DNA of 32,744 nucleotides. Origin: Polyangia bacterium. GTDB taxonomy: Bacteria > Myxococcota_A > Polyangia > HGW-17 > JAJRWW01. A program made the position numbers and the translations under genes. Numbering within the stretch: position 1 is the first letter of the stretch; each line of letters opens with the position of its first letter. Under the pieces are notes generated by a model. That model was given only the letters and a program-made list of their open reading frames with translations, ran no database searches and was not told the DNA's origin. The stretch covers positions 1 through 32,744 of the forward strand of contig JAVEWA010000010.1 in the NCBI GenBank assembly GCA_034004785.1, in the 5' to 3' direction. Shown here piece by piece: positions 28,835-32,744 of this stretch.

Positions 28835-29427
28835 GGTTTCTCTCCCCTGATCCAGTGGGGCTGGCCGAGGCGGCGAGCATCCTTTCGAGGGGCGGCCTGG
28901 TCCTCTATCCCACCGAGAGCTTCTACGGGGCGGCGGCCCTGGCCCTTCACGAGGGGGCGGTGGACAGGCTGCGGGAGCTCAAGGGCCGGCCCGCTGACAT
29001 GCCCCTGCCGCTCATACTGCCGAACATCCAGTCGCTCGAGCTGGTCGTGGAGGCTGTGCCCCGGGCTGCCCAGGAGCTCATCGAACGCTACTGGCCCGGA
29101 CCCCTGACCATCGTGCTCTTTGCGAAGGAGGGTCTTCCCTCCGCCATCATTGGCAGCAGAGGCGTTGGCGTCCGCCTCTCGCCCCACCCAGTGGCGACCG
29201 GCCTCGCCCTCGAGGTGGGCGCGCCCATCACGGCGACCAGCGCCAACCGCGCCGGCGAGCCGCCGCCTCGGGATGCCGTCTCCGCCTCCCTGGCCCTGCC
29301 TGGCGCCGACGCGGTCCTCGACGGGGGCGAGGTCCAGGGCGGTCTGCCATCCACCGTTCTGGCAGTGGCCCAGGACGGAGGCCTCACGCTCTTGAGGCAA
29401 GGAGCCGCCGATGTCGGGCTCGCCTGA
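28831..29427 (+). CDS. tsaC: L-threonylcarbamoyladenylate synthase (YrdC/TsaC family) for t6A tRNA modification
   Basis: 198-aa ORF. LVLYPTESFYGAAALA...PLTIVL...ATSANRAGEPP match conserved YrdC blocks. It is embedded in a longer spurious frame (27814..29427). Confidence 0.8.
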   Translation: MRFLSPDPVGLAEAASILSRGGLVLYPTESFYGAAALALHEGAVDRLRELKGRPADMPLPLILPNIQSLELVVEAVPRAAQELIERYWPGPLTIVLFAKEGLPSAIIGSRGVGVRLSPHPVATGLALEVGAPITATSANRAGEPPPRDAVSASLALPGADAVLDGGEVQGGLPSTVLAVAQDGGLTLLRQGAADVGLA

Positions 29428-30190
29428 TCTCGCCGCGCTCCTCGGCGAGTGCTCCAAGGACGAGATCCTGCGAGGGCGGCTCCGGCTCTGGCAGCCCCTC
29501 GTGGGCTACCGGTTCTCGGTGGACGCGCTCGTCCTCTCCCACTTCGCCTCGAGGGGCCGCGCCGACTCGAGGGGCAGGGCCATCGACCTCGGCGCTGGCT
29601 GCGGCGTGGTGGGGCTAGCCCTCGCCCTCGCCTGTCCCGGCCTCTCGGTCACCCTCGTGGAGCTGGGCCCGAGGCTCGCGGCCCTGTGCCGCCAGAACGC
29701 AATCGAGAACGGCCTCTCACACAGGGTGGAGGTGCTGGAGGCGGATCTGCGCCGCGCGCAGGACCTCCCCATCGATGGCGGCGTGGAGCTCCTGGTTTCG
29801 AACCCTCCCTTCCGTCCAGCCAGCAGCGGTCGCCAGAGCCCGGATCCCGAGAGGGCCCGGGCCCTCGTGGAGCTCACCGTGACCTTGCCCGAGCTGGTGG
29901 CCTCTGCCTCGCGCCTGCTCGCGCCTGGCGGGGCCCTTGCGGTAATCTACCCCCCCGAGCGGCTTGGAGAGCTGCTCGAGGCCTGCGTGAGAAGCGGCCT
30001 TGGCCCCTGCCGCCTGCGCGCTCTTCACCCCCTGCCCGGCGCCCCTGCCCGCAGGCTGCTCCTCGAGGCCCAAAAAGGCGGCCGCTCCCCCCTGGTCATG
30101 GAGCCTCCCCTCTTTTTGCACGAGGCCCAGGGCAGCTACAGCCCCGAGGCGGCCGAGCTCCTCGGAGACGCGCCGAGCGGGTTTTTCTGA
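29411..30190 (+). CDS. Class I SAM-dependent methyltransferase of the tRNA (adenine37-N6)-methyltransferase (TrmN6/YfiC) type
   Basis: The SAM-binding motif is AIDLGAGCGVVGLALA and the N6-adenine MTase motif IV is LVSNPPF. It overlaps the tsaC end by 17 nt. Confidence 0.7.
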   Translation: MSGSPDLAALLGECSKDEILRGRLRLWQPLVGYRFSVDALVLSHFASRGRADSRGRAIDLGAGCGVVGLALALACPGLSVTLVELGPRLAALCRQNAIENGLSHRVEVLEADLRRAQDLPIDGGVELLVSNPPFRPASSGRQSPDPERARALVELTVTLPELVASASRLLAPGGALAVIYPPERLGELLEACVRSGLGPCRLRALHPLPGAPARRLLLEAQKGGRSPLVMEPPLFLHEAQGSYSPEAAELLGDAPSGFF

Positions 30191-30239
30191 TGACTCGTTG
30201 CTCGTTCTTTGGCGGATGGGAGGCGTCGGGGCTAGGCCA

Positions 30240-31727
30240 TCAGAGGTCCGTGTCGTCGTCGGAGACCTCCAGGTCGCCCCCGTCATCAGGCGGCTCTGGC
30301 CCGTCGCCCGAGGCGTCCTTGGCCCTTACCCCGTACTTTCGCATGAGGGCGTGGAGGTTCGGTCTCAGGAGCCCCACCATCTCCGCGGCCCGCGAGACGT
30401 TGCCTCCGGCCCGATCCAGGGCGTTCTGAACGAAGCGCTTCTCCAGGCGGCTGAGCACCTGGTCCTTCAGCAGGCGCTTGGCCTCCTTGAGCTCTGCCGC
30501 GGTGGTGGGAACGGGCAGATCGGCCATGTCCGCGCTCGCAGGGGCCTTCTCCCTGATCTCGGGCGGGAGGTGCTCGAGGGTGACGTAGGGGCGGTCGCAG
30601 GTGGCCACGAGGCGCGCCACCAGGTTCTTGAGCTCCCGGACGTTGCCAGGCCAGCCGTGGGAGATGAGCTTGGCCATGGTCTCGGTGGTGAAGCCCTGGA
30701 CCACCGTGGGGGAGGCCTCCTGGGCCTGCTTCAGGAAGTGCAGGGCGAGGAGCGGAACGTCGTCCGAGTGCTCGCGAAGCGGGGGCACCGAGAAGGGGAT
30801 GACGTTCAGGCGGTAGTAGAGGTCGTCTCTGAACTTTCCCTCCTCCACCAGGGTGTAGAGGTCCCTGTTGGTGGCCGCTACGATCCGGACGTCCACCGGG
30901 TGCTTGCGCTCGCTGCCCACTGGCTGGACCTCGCGCGACTCCAGGATGCGGAGCAGCTTGCCCTGGACCTCGATGCTCATGTTGGAGATCTCGTCGAGGA
31001 AGAGGGTCCCACCGTCAGCCGCCGTGAAGAAGCCGGGCCGGGTCTGTGTTGCCCCCGTGAAGGCGCCCTTGACGTGCCCGAAGAGCTCGGACTCCGCCAG
31101 GGAGGGCGCGAGGGTCGAGATGTCCACCTCCACGAAGGGCTTCTGCGCCCTCGCGCTGTGCTCGTGGATGCTCCTGGCCACCAGCTCCTTCCCAGTGCCG
31201 GACTCGCCGTAGATGGTCACTGTGAAGTCGCTCGCGGCGATCCGCCGGATGCTGGCCCGCACGTCCTGCATTACCTTGGTGTCGCCGAGGAGCTGGAACT
31301 TGGTGGAGAGGCGGGAGATCTCCTCCTTGAGGTTCCGGTTCTCCGCCCGCATCTCGCGGTCGTCGATGGCCTTGTGAACCACCATGGAGAGCTCCTGGGG
31401 CGTGAAGGGCTTGGGCACGTAGTGGAAGGCGCCCTTCTTGATGGCCTCGATGCTGGTCTGGATGGTGGCGTAGCCCGTTATGATGATGACTATGACGTCG
31501 GGTCGGTCCTGCTTGATGGCCTCGAGCGCCTCCATTCCGTTCATGTCCTTCATCTTGAGATCGAGCAGCACGACGTCGTAGTCGCCCTCCTGGGCGAGGT
31601 GCACGCCCTCGACGCCGGAGAGGGTGGTGTCCACCAGGTAGCCCTCCGTCTCCAAGATCCGGCGACAGGTGAGGCACACCGAGCGTTCGTCGTCTATGAC
31701 GAGCACCTTGATTGGGGAGGGATCCAT
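30240..31727 (-). CDS. Sigma-54-dependent response regulator (NtrC family): receiver, AAA+ domain, HTH
   Basis: Receiver with DVVLLDLKMKDMNG. Walker A GESGTGKE. The GAFTGA sigma-54 contact loop is present. The C-terminal helix-turn-helix is VSRAAEMVGLLRPNLHALMRKYG. Confidence 0.9.
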   Translation of the reverse strand: MDPSPIKVLVIDDERSVCLTCRRILETEGYLVDTTLSGVEGVHLAQEGDYDVVLLDLKMKDMNGMEALEAIKQDRPDVIVIIITGYATIQTSIEAIKKGAFHYVPKPFTPQELSMVVHKAIDDREMRAENRNLKEEISRLSTKFQLLGDTKVMQDVRASIRRIAASDFTVTIYGESGTGKELVARSIHEHSARAQKPFVEVDISTLAPSLAESELFGHVKGAFTGATQTRPGFFTAADGGTLFLDEISNMSIEVQGKLLRILESREVQPVGSERKHPVDVRIVAATNRDLYTLVEEGKFRDDLYYRLNVIPFSVPPLREHSDDVPLLALHFLKQAQEASPTVVQGFTTETMAKLISHGWPGNVRELKNLVARLVATCDRPYVTLEHLPPEIREKAPASADMADLPVPTTAAELKEAKRLLKDQVLSRLEKRFVQNALDRAGGNVSRAAEMVGLLRPNLHALMRKYGVRAKDASGDGPEPPDDGGDLEVSDDDTDL

Positions 31728-31749
31728 CGGCTCTCCTTGCGCTGGGCCG

Positions 31750-32744
31750 CTACTCTATCATCCGCGGGAGCTGGATGGTCACGGTGGTTCCAGCTCCCTC
31801 CTCGCTCTCGAGATCTATGACGCCGCCATGCTCCCGCACTATCCCCACCGACACCGAGAGGCCGAGGCCGGTGCCCTGGCCGCTGCCCTTGGTGGTGAAG
31901 AAGGGCTCGAAGACCCGGCTCCTGAGCTCCGGGGGGATCCCCTTGCCGTTGTCGGCGATCCTCGCCACCACGTAGCCCCCCGACGAGTCCTCGTCCGTGG
32001 AGATCACGATGAGGCCGTCCGGGCCGCAGGCCTCGGCCGCGTTGGTGATCATGTTTGTGAACACCTGCTGGAGGCGCTTGGGATCGCCGTGGACGAGCAG
32101 GGGGACCGGCGACAGGTGCAGCTCGGTCTGGATGCCCTCCATGGCCTCGTAGCGGCTCACGAGGGCGAGGGTCTCCTGGATCACCTGGTTGAGATCCACG
32201 ATCCTCCTCTCCATTGGAGACTCCCTGGCGAAGTCGAGGAGGTCCCGGACGATGTTCCTGCAGCGGGTGGTCTCCTCCACGATCACCGCCAGGTCTTCGG
32301 CGTGGGGGTCGTCCGGCCCCGCGGCCTGTTGCATGAGCATGGAGAGGCTCAGGACCGAGGTAAGGGGGTTGTTGATCTCGTGGGCCACTCCCGCAGCCAG
32401 CCTGCCTATTGAGACCTGCTTCTCCACGGAGGAGAAGCGCTCCTCGGAGATCTGCTGCAGCCGGATCTCCCGCTCCTTGATGTTCTTCACCATGAGGTTG
32501 AAGGACTTCACTAGGCGCCCTAGCTCGTCCTCGGACTCGGTCCGGACCTTGTGATCGAGATCGCCCTTGGCCACCCGGTCCATACCCTCCGCCAGGGAGG
32601 AGAGCGGACGCAGGATCCAGTTGGTGGACAGGTAGGTGACGAAGAAGCCGAAGAGCACGCCAACCGCGATGAGCAGGGCGAAGAGGGTGATAGTGGCGTT
32701 GCGCATGTCTATGTACATCTGGCGCTTCGCCCCGATCCCGAGGA
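31750..32744 (-). CDS. Sensor histidine kinase (TM, HAMP, HisKA, HATPase_c); its N-terminal portion continues past the window edge
   Basis: H-box AAGVAHEINNPL. N, G1 and G2 boxes (ITNAAEAC, DNGKGIP, GTGLGLS). The frame stays open upstream of M32718 to position 32744 through a TM-like helix. The gene ends 22 nt before the NtrC-like gene starts. Confidence 0.85.
   Translation of the reverse strand, partial: LGIGAKRQMYIDMRNATITLFALLIAVGVLFGFFVTYLSTNWILRPLSSLAEGMDRVAKGDLDHKVRTESEDELGRLVKSFNLMVKNIKEREIRLQQISEERFSSVEKQVSIGRLAAGVAHEINNPLTSVLSLSMLMQQAAGPDDPHAEDLAVIVEETTRCRNIVRDLLDFARESPMERRIVDLNQVIQETLALVSRYEAMEGIQTELHLSPVPLLVHGDPKRLQQVFTNMITNAAEACGPDGLIVISTDEDSSGGYVVARIADNGKGIPPELRSRVFEPFFTTKGSGQGTGLGLSVSVGIVREHGGVIDLESEEGAGTTVTIQLPRMIE

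Noticed and set aside
30000-31820. 606-aa plus-strand ORF
   Set aside because: It is antisense to the unmistakable NtrC-family gene (GAFTGA, Walker A).

Overview
This window is about 69% GC and mostly chromosomal-looking sequence, probably from a myxobacterium (Myxococcota). The pointers to that are a TIGR02232-type myxobacterial cysteine-rich repeat, a FrzS/AglZ-like pseudo-receiver coiled-coil protein, and many secreted Cys-rich lipoproteins. Nearly every long open frame on the opposite strand of a real gene is a GC artefact, including the 988-aa, 606-aa, 480-aa and 466-aa ORFs in the track.

The genes I can support, in order:
- A minus-strand three-gene NuoE-like / NuoF-like / (NuoG-N-terminal–GltD fusion) soluble flavin/Fe-S oxidoreductase cluster (391..4854). 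Its architecture is that of Stn/Nfn-type NAD(P)H-ferredoxin modules.
- A Kef-type CPA2 K+/H+ antiporter with an RCK domain.
- tRNA-Leu(UAG), followed after 17 nt by a lipoprotein gene (myxobacterial Cys repeat plus LamG domain). That gene is translationally coupled to a CapA-family metallophosphatase gene, which is followed by a coiled-coil porin-like outer-membrane gene and a small membrane-protein gene.
- A proline-rich conserved hypothetical with a near-consensus sigma-70 promoter.
- A minus-strand run of hflX (with an N-terminal extension), the FrzS-like pseudo-receiver coiled-coil gene (containing a 2x66-bp tandem duplication), an ECF sigma factor, a zf-HC2 anti-sigma factor and secA.
- A secreted lipoprotein with about 12 six-Cys repeats.
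- A putative five-gene minus-strand operon: small membrane protein, unknown 159-aa protein, SPFH/Band-7 protein with about 20 QGYPPQ repeats and a C-terminal zinc ribbon, PlsC-like acyltransferase, and NAD-dependent epimerase.
- A lipoprotein of unknown function, then tsaC and a trmN6-like methyltransferase.
- A sigma-54-dependent NtrC-like response regulator and its HAMP histidine kinase, which is cut off at the window edge.

I found no CRISPR array, no IS/transposase and no rRNA. The most novel-looking candidates are the SPFH-centred membrane module and the Cys-rich LamG/CapA/porin cassette next to the tRNA.
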